A stretch of DNA of 64,000 nt from Amoebophrya sp. A120 (lineage: Eukaryota; Protista; Dinoflagellata): contig CAJINV010000003.1 of assembly GCA_905178155.1 (NCBI GenBank), forward strand, positions 4,375,863 to 4,439,862, in the 5' to 3' direction. The translations under genes were made by a program, and so were the position numbers. Under the pieces are notes generated by a model. The model was not told the origin of the DNA. It saw nothing but the letters and a program-made list of their open reading frames with translations, and searched no databases. Below are positions 47,652 through 59,449 of the stretch, in pieces. Positions within the stretch are counted from its first letter, which is position 1. Each line of letters begins with the position of its first letter.

Positions 47652-48776
47652 TTTCGTTGTGTCGGTTTTTTTCTACGTGGGCGCGCTGGCGGCCCAAACT
47701 AATGTCGCAAGCAAGCGATGAAATAGGTTGGAAAACTAGTTTACTTCGCTCTGACTCTCGCGTATCGTGTTGGATCGAAAGTGTTCGCAACTTCAAAAAG
47801 AGGCATGCTGTACTTGCGGGGCAAACCAAAGTAAGTAGGATGTGAACTAGTTGATGAGGGGAGGGTAAGGATTTCTCTTTTCACGCTGGGAGGGACTGCA
47901 GGATTTGAAAAAATCAAAGTGCTTGATCTGCAGAGTAGCCGGCAGCGAGGCTCCTGCTACTGCCATGCTCCTAGTGAAAGGTTGGCCACACGACCATCTG
48001 AAGACAGTGGAAGAGAGCGAGTCGTGGTGTGCCACTTTCTTCATGAATTCTCGAATACTGCTGGACTCGGTCCAATCCTCGAAAGACCTAATCGAGAGAA
48101 ACAAAAGAGACCTGAATTATGCGTGTACATTTGTCGAAAAGCTGAAGAAGTCGACAGCGCGAACCTTATCGGGAGCGAGTACATACAACATAGAAACACA
48201 CACCGGTTGGTGCGCCCTTTTATTTTTGTATTCCCAAGAAAATCAAAATTAGTAGTAGCATAAAAATACAAACAACAGTCATGCAAAGCCATGCGGATGT
48301 TGTTTTCCAAAAGTAGACGAGAAAAAGTTACGTATATTGTTCAAAATAGCGGCTACCGGCTCTTACCGCGCATACGAAAGTAAGTAACTTTTGGCCGATC
48401 CGTCGGGCTTTTATTTCAGTGCCGTATAACCATTGCGCAGTCACATTTTTCACCCTTGTTTGTTAAGCTTAAGTTGTTTCTACGGTTTTTTATATCGCCA
48501 ATTCCATCATATTGAAAACAAAACTAAAACAGTGTTCGGACTGCAACTACAGAGGAATGCGTTTCGTCCGTTCGACTCTGAAGTAGATACTAATAAATTT
48601 TTCACAAAAAAAAAGCGGCACAATCAACGCTCCTAGCAAAAAAAGATACGCGCAGCACAAAATCGCGACGACAAAGCCCGCGCACTGGCACACTAGACGA
48701 AGAGAAGGACGTGTGAATGTACTAGTACGAAAGTTACAGTTACTCGAACTCGTTCAAAAACCATTACCATTTTTTT

Positions 48777-51700
48777 TTATCCGGGAGGGAACCTGCGCAT
48801 TTTGTCCTCCAGGTAGGAGCTTATTGAATCTGGGTTTTCCGTGGGTGGGTGACGAGACCGGTCACCCACTTCTACACTTCCTCCATCTAAGGTGGATAAT
48901 TGATTTGGCCCCTTGGTGAAGATTGCCTCCGCATTTTGTTGATAGAACGCCTCCCGGTGGCGCTGGCGCCTAGAGACCTGCGAAGGTTCTTTCTTGGTTT
49001 GATGGGATCGCGTTGCGGACCAAGAACGTTGGCTCGTTTTTTTGCTACGGTCGTGCACACGGTGCGGCATTTCGAAGGATGCGGTCGGCGATTGCGGGTG
49101 CTGTTCCCAGCAGCCCTCCACTGCAGCCGCCCCCGCAGCCTGTTGACTGCTCACAGGCGGGAAGCCGCAAGCGTAAGGAGGACAGGAGGAAGGCCAGGAC
49201 GGACAATATCCACCCTCCATGAAAGAGGGGTCGAACTGCAACTGCGGACTCCATGGTGGGGCGGGACAGCACATCATCGGGAATTGACCGCAAGCCGAAT
49301 AAACACCAGATGCGAAAAGTGCCTGCTCGCTCTGGACATCCTGTACTTGCACGCCATTGCTCCAAGCTGGAAACCCGAACTCACCACTGTTTCGGATGGG
49401 AACTTGTTGCGAAGAAATTGTTCCTTCAGGCGCGCTTGCAGCTAGAAACTGTGCACCGGGAGGAGAAACTTGTAGAGGAGAAACTTGCTGAGGTCCCAGC
49501 AGCGGCATCTGAACCTCGGGGGGCGCTGTAACTATCTGCTGCTGCCCGAGAGAGGCGGCCCACGCAAGGGCTGGGTCGACCGTCCAAGATGCGGGCGCTC
49601 CTACATTTCCGCTCGCTGTTGCCGCTTGTCCGGGCCGCGCGAGCGAATTGCTCGGCATCGCGCCGGCACTTTGTGTTTGTCCCGCCGCCAAGACAGAATT
49701 CGCCGTGGCCCCGGACGCTGAAGATAAACCCGGGCCCGAAGTTTCCGCAGGATTCGCCGGGACAACACCGCTAGGAAGCGCTGCACCGGCTTGGCTGAGA
49801 AGAGGACCCGCTGCAGGTCCCAGGGTGCCCGTCGGCTGCAGGCCGACGGGACCACCGGTCGGTAGCGGAAGTCTTCCGGGAAACAGAAGCTGGGACGGAA
49901 ACAGGTCAAGAGACCCGGTTTGCAAGAACTTGCACGTCGCCAATTGTGCCATCACGAGAAAAGGATTCGAAGCCGCGGCTGCACTTTGATGTGCCTCTAT
50001 TTCTACTGCGGTTTTAACCGCAGGCTGGTGGGCAGATGAAGTGCATGTTGAAGAAGTAGTTGCCGAGCCACCTCGCGTATCAGCTTCTCCACACGTCGTG
50101 ATCTTGTCCTTCCTTTCACTATACTGCTGCTCGAGCTCCCGCTTGAGGCTTTCCATACTTGCCACCATTTCTGCGATTTTCAACTGCGTTTTATCTTCAG
50201 AGTTTCCAGACGTCGAGAGCCCGCCCTCTTTCGCACCCTGCCACCGCGAGAAGCACTGCCGCAAGTCGTCGTCCTGTTGGAGCAATTGCAGGAGTTGTGT
50301 GCTCATCGTGCAGAGCTCTAGCAGTAGCAAAGGATTCACCGATGTCAGTTTCCGAATCGGTGCCGCCAAATCGTCGCTGGCAGTCGACACTGCGGAACTC
50401 AAACTTTGTGACCACAACCCGCTTGCGCTCGCAAGAGTTTCGTCTCCCGTCATGTGATTCGCCATATCTTCCGGACCCGTCGCGATGCTTGTAGAGGAAC
50501 TGGAATTCGCGTTTCCTTGTATGCCTGCTGGGAGCTCTTTAGCCGCCACGCTCGGTCGTGTGGTCTCGTGCGGAACTGTATCTTGTCCGCTTGTTGCTGG
50601 AGCAGGACTCGCCATGAAGGCTCCGTCTCCGTGCAGTCTGCTCGCTATAAGGTCGAAGCTTGCATTTGCGCCGTTTCCGAGGCCTGCCGCGCAGTCAGCG
50701 GTGCTGCTGTCGCAGGGCTCTTCGACAGGCTCTTGCAAAACCTCGATACTTTCGTTCTGATGAAGCAACTCCGATCCAAGGGACTGCGTGCCACTGCCAA
50801 TCGTCTCTTGCACCATTTTGGCCATCGCCGCCAGCCCCAGACCACTCGGTGAGAAGTCGACATCGGCAACCGCGCAGGCTGTCTGGGCGCTCGTAGATTT
50901 CTCTGCGGACAACTTCGCTAGAAGCGGCCGGCTTTTCTTAGCGTCCGCGCCCGTTTTTTCGGCGTCATCCTGTAGATGCGTGGGTCCCAACTCGCGACTG
51001 CTGCCGTCTAGCACACTCTTTGCGGAAACCGTCGCTTTTGTACCTGCTGTCTCTTGAAACAGTGGAGTGCGTCGCCAGAGGCTTATCGCGATACCCCGCG
51101 GATCTCCAGAATCTGGAATCATGTTGGGATGGAGGGGCTCCAAGTACTGGTCTAGCTCCTGCATGACTTTGTCACAACCGTGTAGAGGCGCAAACTCCTT
51201 CACCGTCAAAATCAAAGCCTGTAGAGAGCGTTTAGTGTATCAAAAATTTTCAAAACGGAAAGGAAATTTGAACCTCTGATCCTTTTTGGACATGAGCACT
51301 TTGAAGCGGATGAATAAGAATCGCACACGACACTAGTCTGCGTCATGAAAGATCTCAAACTTCACAGCGGTACACGACCAAGACAAATTCCTCTAGTACT
51401 TCCACAGGCACGTTCATCAGCCCGGCCGATTTGCTTGTCTGCATGCTCTCCAGGAGCAGCGCCCTCCACTCTTCTTTCACCGCAAGAAAATTGCCCGTCA
51501 CAAGCAACCGCTGCACCTCCACTGACGAGCGCTCCAAAACTTCAAACGTCACCGGATCAAGCGCCTTGGTCGTCATCGCACGACGCAGCCGCAAGTGCGC
51601 TTCTTCAGACCACGGCCAGCCTTTCCACGTAACCCCGTCCTGCAAAGATTTCATCCCGATCATGCGATTCTTCACTAACGCCCTCGCTTGCCCAACTGGC

Positions 51701-52745
51701 AACTGCTTGTCCCACTTCACTCCAAGCTTCGTTGCCAAATCCTCGTCAAACGGATGCTCCTGCTGCGAAGCATTATCTGGTAGTGTGGGGTTACTGAAAG
51801 GCGTTCGCAGATATGTCTCCGAATTTGGTCGTCCGTCGAGGACGTGCTTCTCGCAGCCTCTCTCCGCCACATCGGATCCTCCACCTGCGTCGGCTCCACC
51901 CGCCTTAGCGCTCCGCAAATGAAAAGGCTTCTGCTGTTGATCAACGCAACCAGGCACTTTATTTCGGGCCTGAAGTCGTGGAGACAAATGAAACAGTGCC
52001 TTTATGTTTCGTTTCATGCGTTGTAAACAGGAAGCCCACGTGTACTACCTGAGCGCTACTTACAGGCGACTTCAATCTCACGTACAGGCGACTTCTTGTA
52101 GTTCATATCACTTGTGCTCGACTTCAATCTCACGTAATATACCTTTTGACGCTGATGTCTCCGTTTACTTGGGCCCAAATTTCCGCCCTGTACTGGCTGA
52201 TCACACACCCCAGGGCTTTGCTGCGGTTCAGAGGAAGGCGACAAGCCGAAATTAATCTGCACAGTGGCGTCCTCATCACTTTCTTGTGCGTCGGCCCAAC
52301 GTTCCCGGCCCCCGGTCGGGCTACCTAAATCACAACATCGCTCCGCCCCTGGGAACGAAGCCGGCTTGTCACACTGCACCGTAGATGGACACGGCTCGGA
52401 GCATGTTCCAGCGCTAGTGGCGGAAGTTACTGGTGAGCACGAGGAGTCGCCTTGCTTTGCACCTCGTGCAGATAGTATCGGCAGGCTCACTTGCTTCTGC
52501 AACGGTTTTGCATGTGACTGTCCATCGTCCTTCTTATCGCCGAGTCGCTCTTCTAGTTGAGCTACAATTTGCTTCACGCGCCATTGCGCTTGAGCTGGCT
52601 TTGTCTTGGTCGTCCCTGGTGAGATATTCGTCCACGACGATTTGCTCCCGGATTTTGTCACAAACTTTCTGCCGCCCGTGCGACTGCCATTGGTGAGCTG
52701 CGTAAAGTGCAACGCAGACGCAAAGATTCGACTCCACTGCGTCAT
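48777..52745 (-). CDS. Uncharacterised low-complexity protein, probably 3 or more exons
   Basis: Consecutive ORFs 52056-52745, 51355-52017 and 48777-51215 separated by short AT-rich gaps. Confidence 0.55.
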
Positions 52746-54055
52746 ACTGAATCAACATGCAGGACAGTCGATCTTAATCTTATCACACACCCAGCGAGGT
52801 TCAAAAAATAATCATGAATCCTTCACCTTTTCTTAAAACCGAGACCCTAGCTGATCCCAAAGCGATAGGAAACACCAAAATCGAAACAGAAAGCAGGCAA
52901 AAAAAAGACAAACACGTAAATATGTCCAAAAAAGCAGCTGCTTTGTTGATCTGCCTGCGCAAACAATATTTCTGCATCTTTGGGATCGCGCGATCTAGCA
53001 CAGCTGCTGTGTACGCTGCTTTTTGCCGCACGACGCTAATTCATGAATTAGAATTACCGAAACCTTCCTCGCAATAGTAAATATTTTCGCATAATAGACG
53101 GAACATGCTTATGTGTTTTTATCCTCTTCTTCGCACGCACCGCTGTATTTGATAGATTTGTTTCCGGACGCCACTTTTGTTTCGCATTCTGATTCAATCA
53201 GTAAATAATAGAGATACATCTTTATGCATTTGAAGTAAACAAAAACAAAAAACTAAATGGTAAATACTACTTCATCGTTAGTAGCAATTATTAAGCTTTC
53301 GCGTTTTCCTTGCACTTGATTTACTGCCTGTGGAATGGAACTTAGCTTGCTGCGCAAAAAACAATGAAGAGGAAGGAAGGAGGCAAAGACAAATAGATAT
53401 CATTTTTCGAAATCATGTCCATACCGTGCTAAAAGCATGTGCACATTGGAGCGAAGGAGGAGAAAAATGATCGAGAAGCAGGACGTTGCAGTTCTTTGCC
53501 GGGAGGTAAAAAAGCATTACAGATTTGCAGTGAAGATTGAGAGAGCGAATTGAGAGCGAATTCTTTCATGTTTAGATTCTTGCGGTCTGCTGGTGGTGAA
53601 CGTCTTCACCTATCGCCTTAAGCGCCGGCCTAAACCTACATCCCGTTTGCCGACAGGATGCAGATCGATCATGATCTGCGGCTCCAGCCTTATTTCGTTC
53701 GCTGGAAATCAAGAGAGCGCGGAATCGGTGCTGCAAGCTATCTCTCCCATCTCTCTATGAAGTGCAAGTCTCTCTTTTACAGATCTGTGAACATCTGAGG
53801 AAGAACCTCGCGCTCTAGAACTAAAACCCTCTGCAAGTAAATCTCATGTTTAGCAATTTGTAATGCATTTTTCAAAAAAGGGGGCTTCATGTTTTAGGTT
53901 TCACAGATAGTGCCAGATGTCCATTGCAAAATCTACCGGAGTTGGACACTCAGAATCTCTCTCATGATGAAGACGTAGGTGAAAGAAAGCAGAAATGCCT
54001 TATGATCTCTCAAAAACAGGACGAAATATCGGAAGGTCTGATGACAAGAAAAAGA

Positions 54056-54855
54056 TTACGCATGCAAAAATTGGAAATAGTGCTGCACTTGGTGCACGAA
54101 CAACATGTGATTTTTCACGAAGATTGGCGCACTTTTCAAAAGAGAGCTGCCTCCATCTAGTCTTGGTTTCGGAACCGGGGAAGAAGATACAGCAGTTGCA
54201 GGGGCGGCGGCGACTGCAAGTACTGCTGATCGATCGTGGTATCGTAGATAGAGGAAGAAGTCGACTAGCCGCTTGGTTGCGAATGAAATTGCTGGGTATT
54301 CATTTCCCACACGTTTTTGGGCTGGGAATGCGAGTCGTGGTTTTTTGAAGAGGGAACTGCTGCACCTTTATATGAAGAAGAGGGAGCATTGCTACCGCGG
54401 GGTGTGTGGAAAGCAGGAGAAGACGACGCCACCACATGCTTCGCATTCGGACCGTTCTTATTGAAGTTGTTTACTCTGTTGTTGCCGGAAAACTGTGGGA
54501 ACGTAGACTTTGCGGAGGTAGAAGATCCTTTTCCAGCAGAAGAAAAGGAAGAAGATGAGTTTGGGGCACCCCACCTGTTCGTAGAGCGGTCGTCGACATT
54601 ATTCATGTTGGGCGACGGACTAGGACTGGGGTGGGGTCGTTTGTGGAATTTGTGGTCTTTGCTGTTCTTGAAAATTTCATTTATCTTATCCTGTCCTAAT
54701 TTCGACTCCGCGACCTTGTCTTGATTCGCGGGGGGCGGAAGGGGCATTTCAGACGGAGCTGCTTTACTACTGGAGGTAGAAGATGACGCTGGGGCAGAAG
54801 AAGCAGCAGGCGGCATCTCTTCGTCGGCAAGTTCGGCGGAGTTGTTACTCCCCAC
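54056..54855 (-). CDS. Low-complexity Ser/Pro/Asn-rich ORF or exon of unknown affiliation
   Basis: 196-aa ORF with no recognisable domain. Confidence 0.35.
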
Positions 54856-55085
54856 AGTTGCTGCTAGGTAACCTCCGTTGATTCTTGTTTCCTGAGCAAA
54901 AAGAAAAACCTATTTATTCAAAATTCTTATATATCGTGTTTGATGGCGATAACTTTGCTCAGCAGTGGACACCTCCGAAATGGGGCATGTGCAACTTTAT
55001 CAACGCTGTATTTCATTTCCATTTAGCTTTCCCCTGGTCTTCTTGGAATAGGAATAGGTGGAATTGTCGATTTCTACACCGCGGC

Positions 55086-58001
55086 TCAGTTGTCGCAGCG
55101 GGTATTCTCAGTCCGCACATCGTGTGACGAAAACTTCTGCACCCACTTCGTTGCAGTGTCGATATCGATTTGATTCAGCAACTCCTTTCCGTCTCGAAAG
55201 AAGCGCATCCTGCGCAAGTGCAGGGTTGCTGTCGATGCAGTGTGTTCGAGAGCATCGTTGAACGCAGTTGGGTACTCGCGACACAATGTGCCGTAGGATC
55301 TCTTAAAGACTTCTTCGTCGAAGCCCGGCGTTCCCGTATCTAGATGACGCTGCTGCAGGCGCTCTTCGTTAGTTTTCGCCTCCGCGAGACACACCCACAC
55401 TTCAACCGCGTAGCCGTGTTTCGTCGCATCCTTCGCAAGCGCTCTAGCTTTTGCAACGTCGACGGTAATGGGTACGATCAACGAGTGCTGGTTGGAAAAA
55501 GCATAATCTACACTTCGCTGTTTCCACGTGTCGCGAGCCGCCCGAGCGTGCTGGTCGTCTGCTAGAAGAGAAATAGTGATCTGCGTAAATCCCCATTCCT
55601 TGGCAAACTCTTGGCAAAAAAGCTCTCCATCGACAACAACCGCCTGCGACATCATGCCCCGGCCACCGCCTCCAGACATATCTCCTGCCAAATCGCATCT
55701 GGCACTCTGATCAGACGACAGTGTGCGCCAGAGTGTAGTTTTCCCCGCTCCTGGCGGTCCGCGGATCAGCACGAGGCTCGGATTCGTCTCCCCACTCAGC
55801 TCGGGCGGACTCACAAGATGTGGCTCAAACGGAAACCCCGACGCACATGCACGCAACGTCATTTTCGCCAAGAAGCGGTCCGCGTGCGGTGTCGGTAACG
55901 CGAACGCCGTATCTCGAAATGTCGCACAGGCTTTGCTCTGGTCGGTGCAATCTTCCGAGTTGTCCACCACAATCAAATTGTCAATTCTGGCTGCGATCTT
56001 CATCTTTCCAGCAACCGCTTCCAGTGATGCCTTGTAGATATCGCGATGTTGAGCGTAGGTACACGGGGCTGTGTCTCCCGCCCTGTCGCGCTTGACGGCG
56101 CGCGAGGCGCACGCTCCGCACGCCGCTACGACGACGTGCATTGCAACCTGATACTTCAAGGGATGGCTGTGCGTGCGGGACAAAGCCTCCTCCTCCTCTT
56201 CAACTATCTGCAACCACTCAGCGGACTTGTCGTCCAAGGCCTTCGATCGCGTCATGACGACGTCGAAACCGTACCTCACGCACCACCGTAAAATCTGCAG
56301 CTTGAACTGGAAACTTTTGAATTTCGGACGCATCAGATCTTCGCTCCTCATGTTACAGCCATCAATGAAAAACAGGTTGCCTGCTCCGAGGCCTCCGTTA
56401 CAGATTGCTTGCTTGACGTACGTAGTCTTGCCGACACCTTTCGCGCCCACGACTAGGTGGAGTTGAGGAGGGCGCTTCCGCCGTCTAGCGTCCAACGTCC
56501 AATCGGCAGCGAACTTCTCGCCGCAGAAGCAGCGCCGCAACACAAACATCACCTCCTCCGTCGTCCAATCCGCACTGTCGAAAACTCCAGCAAGTCCGTG
56601 ATACATTCTCAGCGCCTCCATCTCGCACTCGGTCCTACACATCGCTGTACTGAAAATGCGTTGCGGTGAGCGCTCCAACTTTTCATCTGGGGACATCAAG
56701 ATCATAATTTCTGGGTTGTCAGACTGCAGTAGTCCGGGCCGGTTTGTGCTTGTAGCCGGTACCGTTTTCTTATTTTTCGGAAGAGGAGAAGATTGAAGAA
56801 GCATAGTGCCCGATACCTCTGTGGAAGAGGCTGTAGTTGAACTGCACTTCGAGAAGGTTTCAAAGTCCTCACTTTCGTCGTAATACTCGTGGGGAAACTG
56901 CGCCAGCTCCTTAATATCCCCCCGAGCAGCAAGAGCTTCAACAATCGCGCACAGTGCCGCAGACCGCTGCATACAACTGATACTCGGGACGTACACGGCG
57001 TCCGGCGCCCTTCCGGCGTAAACCTGCAGGTGCAGATGCAAGTACTGCCCTCGGGTCTGGTCGCCAAAATTGGGATTTCGCACCCTGGTTGTCGAATGAA
57101 AGACCATCTCGGCCGCAGCCACGTCTGCCTCGTTCATCCGGAACTCCTCCCGTAAAAAATCGTGGACGTCAGTTTGCAACTGGCGCAGCTCGTCCACGTG
57201 CTCGACACCACAGTCACGCCATGTGTGCAGATACTTAACTGGTGCAAGCAATTGCAACTGGTTCAGCGGGATCGCCATCGTGGCATCAAAATTAAGAAGT
57301 TCTTCTGGTACGAAAGCTTCGCTCTCGTTCACTGAATTGTGGTTTCGTATTCGTGCGACTGCACGGCATAGCTCGTAGAGGAGACCTTTCTTGTCAAGCT
57401 GTTCCACCAACTCCGAATTTAGTACAGCTTCAGGTTGTCGATCGAAGTAAGGGCTGAGCTCTTGGAGCACTGGATGCACCCACCAGACGCAGAGCCGAAA
57501 CCCACTTTTGGACTCCTGAACCATGTCCCACGGCCGGCACGCGTATGCGTCGTAGTTGAAATAAAACGGGTTCGGGGCAATGAAGAAGTTTCCTCTGGTT
57601 CGCTTCAAGGACGGGTTTCGTTGGTAAGCACGCGACTCGTCCGTCACCGCCAAACCCAGCATGCCGAGAAACCATTTCGGAATGTAGGCGACGTCAAGCA
57701 AATCCTTCGCACTGTAAACGTCAGCGCGCTCAATGTATTTGTGAAATCCAAATAATAGCTCCTTCGTCCTTTCTTTCACATCATTCTCGTAAAATGGTGG
57801 CTGCAGCGCTCCGACAGCACTCCGTTGGGCGATCCTCGAAAGATGGAAATGGTCCGCATCTGCCGCGGTCGAGCTGCTATCACTTGCGGAGTCGCGGAAA
57901 AAGGCTGGTAGGTCCTCAGGGGACGTCGCGGCAGAAAGTAACGACATCTTCGCTATGATCGCAGAATTTAGAGCGTGGTAGTAAATGGAGAAAGTACGCA
58001 C
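55086..58001 (-). CDS. HIT/DcpS-like domain fused to two P-loop kinase-like domains
   Basis: TWRDCGVEHVDELRQL...VFH...YLHLHLQV; Walker A motifs GAKGVGKT and GPPGAGKT, each followed by hhhDG and a RxxxR-like lid. Confidence 0.6.
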   Translation of the reverse strand: MRTFSIYYHALNSAIIAKMSLLSAATSPEDLPAFFRDSASDSSSTAADADHFHLSRIAQRSAVGALQPPFYENDVKERTKELLFGFHKYIERADVYSAKDLLDVAYIPKWFLGMLGLAVTDESRAYQRNPSLKRTRGNFFIAPNPFYFNYDAYACRPWDMVQESKSGFRLCVWWVHPVLQELSPYFDRQPEAVLNSELVEQLDKKGLLYELCRAVARIRNHNSVNESEAFVPEELLNFDATMAIPLNQLQLLAPVKYLHTWRDCGVEHVDELRQLQTDVHDFLREEFRMNEADVAAAEMVFHSTTRVRNPNFGDQTRGQYLHLHLQVYAGRAPDAVYVPSISCMQRSAALCAIVEALAARGDIKELAQFPHEYYDESEDFETFSKCSSTTASSTEVSGTMLLQSSPLPKNKKTVPATSTNRPGLLQSDNPEIMILMSPDEKLERSPQRIFSTAMCRTECEMEALRMYHGLAGVFDSADWTTEEVMFVLRRCFCGEKFAADWTLDARRRKRPPQLHLVVGAKGVGKTTYVKQAICNGGLGAGNLFFIDGCNMRSEDLMRPKFKSFQFKLQILRWCVRYGFDVVMTRSKALDDKSAEWLQIVEEEEEALSRTHSHPLKYQVAMHVVVAACGACASRAVKRDRAGDTAPCTYAQHRDIYKASLEAVAGKMKIAARIDNLIVVDNSEDCTDQSKACATFRDTAFALPTPHADRFLAKMTLRACASGFPFEPHLVSPPELSGETNPSLVLIRGPPGAGKTTLWRTLSSDQSARCDLAGDMSGGGGRGMMSQAVVVDGELFCQEFAKEWGFTQITISLLADDQHARAARDTWKQRSVDYAFSNQHSLIVPITVDVAKARALAKDATKHGYAVEVWVCLAEAKTNEERLQQRHLDTGTPGFDEEVFKRSYGTLCREYPTAFNDALEHTASTATLHLRRMRFFRDGKELLNQIDIDTATKWVQKFSSHDVRTENTRCDN

Positions 58002-58852
58002 CTAGAGAAAAAAGCTCGATGCACCAGAAAAACAGAAGATACTAGTCACACTCACAGTCGCTGCTAGAACAAATACTTTGTTTTTTAAACGAAAAAGCGC
58101 TGCCCCCCTCGGAAAATTGAAAACTTTAATCCTGAAAAATGAGGCGTAGCATTTCTCTTTCAGGTTTGAATTTCTCATCGTTGGCGAGAGCGGCTTGCTA
58201 AGCGTACCTCGTTCTCATGGCGGATCTTTCAGATAAACAGACTCAATCTCAAACATTGCTTTGAGAAAAAAGCGAACGACGATGTGATGCAAGTTGTACG
58301 CCCTCACAACTCAACCCAACTCAGACTCCCCGCGAAGATGAACGACGAGTCAGAGGTCTTACTTCAAGAGCAACCGCTGGTGACTCAGCACGCGAGCTTT
58401 GCTTTTGCCTGGCGCTGATACAGCAGAACACGATCTCGAGGAATGCACTGTGCAAAAGTGCCGCCTCCGCACGCGTTCCACGCGGATATCCTGGCAGGTG
58501 CTTTACGGCCTTGCTGTATTTTTGGACGGAGAAGCTTTTCATTTCACGTTTTGTCTTTCTGCTGAGGTCTCATCATCAAGTATTGTTTCTTTACAACAGT
58601 TCTTGGCCACGCGAATAGTCACTATACTAGGTGTACATGCACAGGCCTCGAAATGAGTTGGACAGCAAACATAGAAAAGTAGAACGTACTAGTCACAAGC
58701 ATCCGAGGGGACCGCTCCTCGTGCGGACAAGCGCCCCCAAGGCGACCGGTGATCAGGAAAATTCTACTGTAATTCAGTAAATAGATAGCTTCATCATTAA
58801 TTTCAAAGTCGGTACTCCACTAGGCCAACGTCTCTCGAGAGGCATCGTAAGC

Positions 58853-59089
58853 GAGTTCGGAAACGGGCAAACAGCTTTATTACTAGGTAATGTGCGTAGA
58901 GGAGAGACGAAAGCCGTGAGACATCAGTTTCATTCAATAAAACAAAAGAGTGCGTGAGTCGAAATTTAAATCGTGGCTGTCACCTCTTTACAAAGCAGCT
59001 GCAAGCGGGTTCGGAAACGCGCAAACAGCTTCACTACTAGGTAGTGTGCTAAGGGAAACGACAGTACACGCAAGACATCAGTTTCATAC
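58853..59089. repeat. Two diverged ~83-bp direct repeats, 154-bp period
   Basis: GTTCGGAAACG.GCAAACAGCTT.A.TACTAGGTA.TGTGC...AGACATCAGTTTCAT at ~58855 and ~59009. Confidence 0.75.
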
Positions 59090-59449
59090 GGAGCTACTAC
59101 GTAGGGCGTATGCGAAAGAGGAGAGATTTGTGACACATTTCAATTTCTCATCATTAGGTGCATTTAGGTGCTGCGCGCAGGTTGCATCTCGAATAATCAT
59201 CCGAAACGAAGCTGGTTTTTTGCAAATTTTTGCGGTTTGCATTTTGATGCTGAGTGTTACGTTAGTGATGTAGTCTAGTAGTTTTCACTAGCTCCAACCG
59301 TGAATGCATTTTTAGCAGTGCTTCAAACCATCACGAATCAATCGCATCGTGCGGGCCAACCACCATGTACTTCCCCTTGTGACACCACAACTACCAGCAA
59401 CGAATACGACAATGTTACACGAACAGTCTTTTCGCGTGTAATCGTGTAT

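Noticed and set aside
58753-58797. Possible C/D snoRNA (ATGATGA...CTGA on minus strand)
   Set aside because: Only ~45 nt and no recognisable rRNA guide
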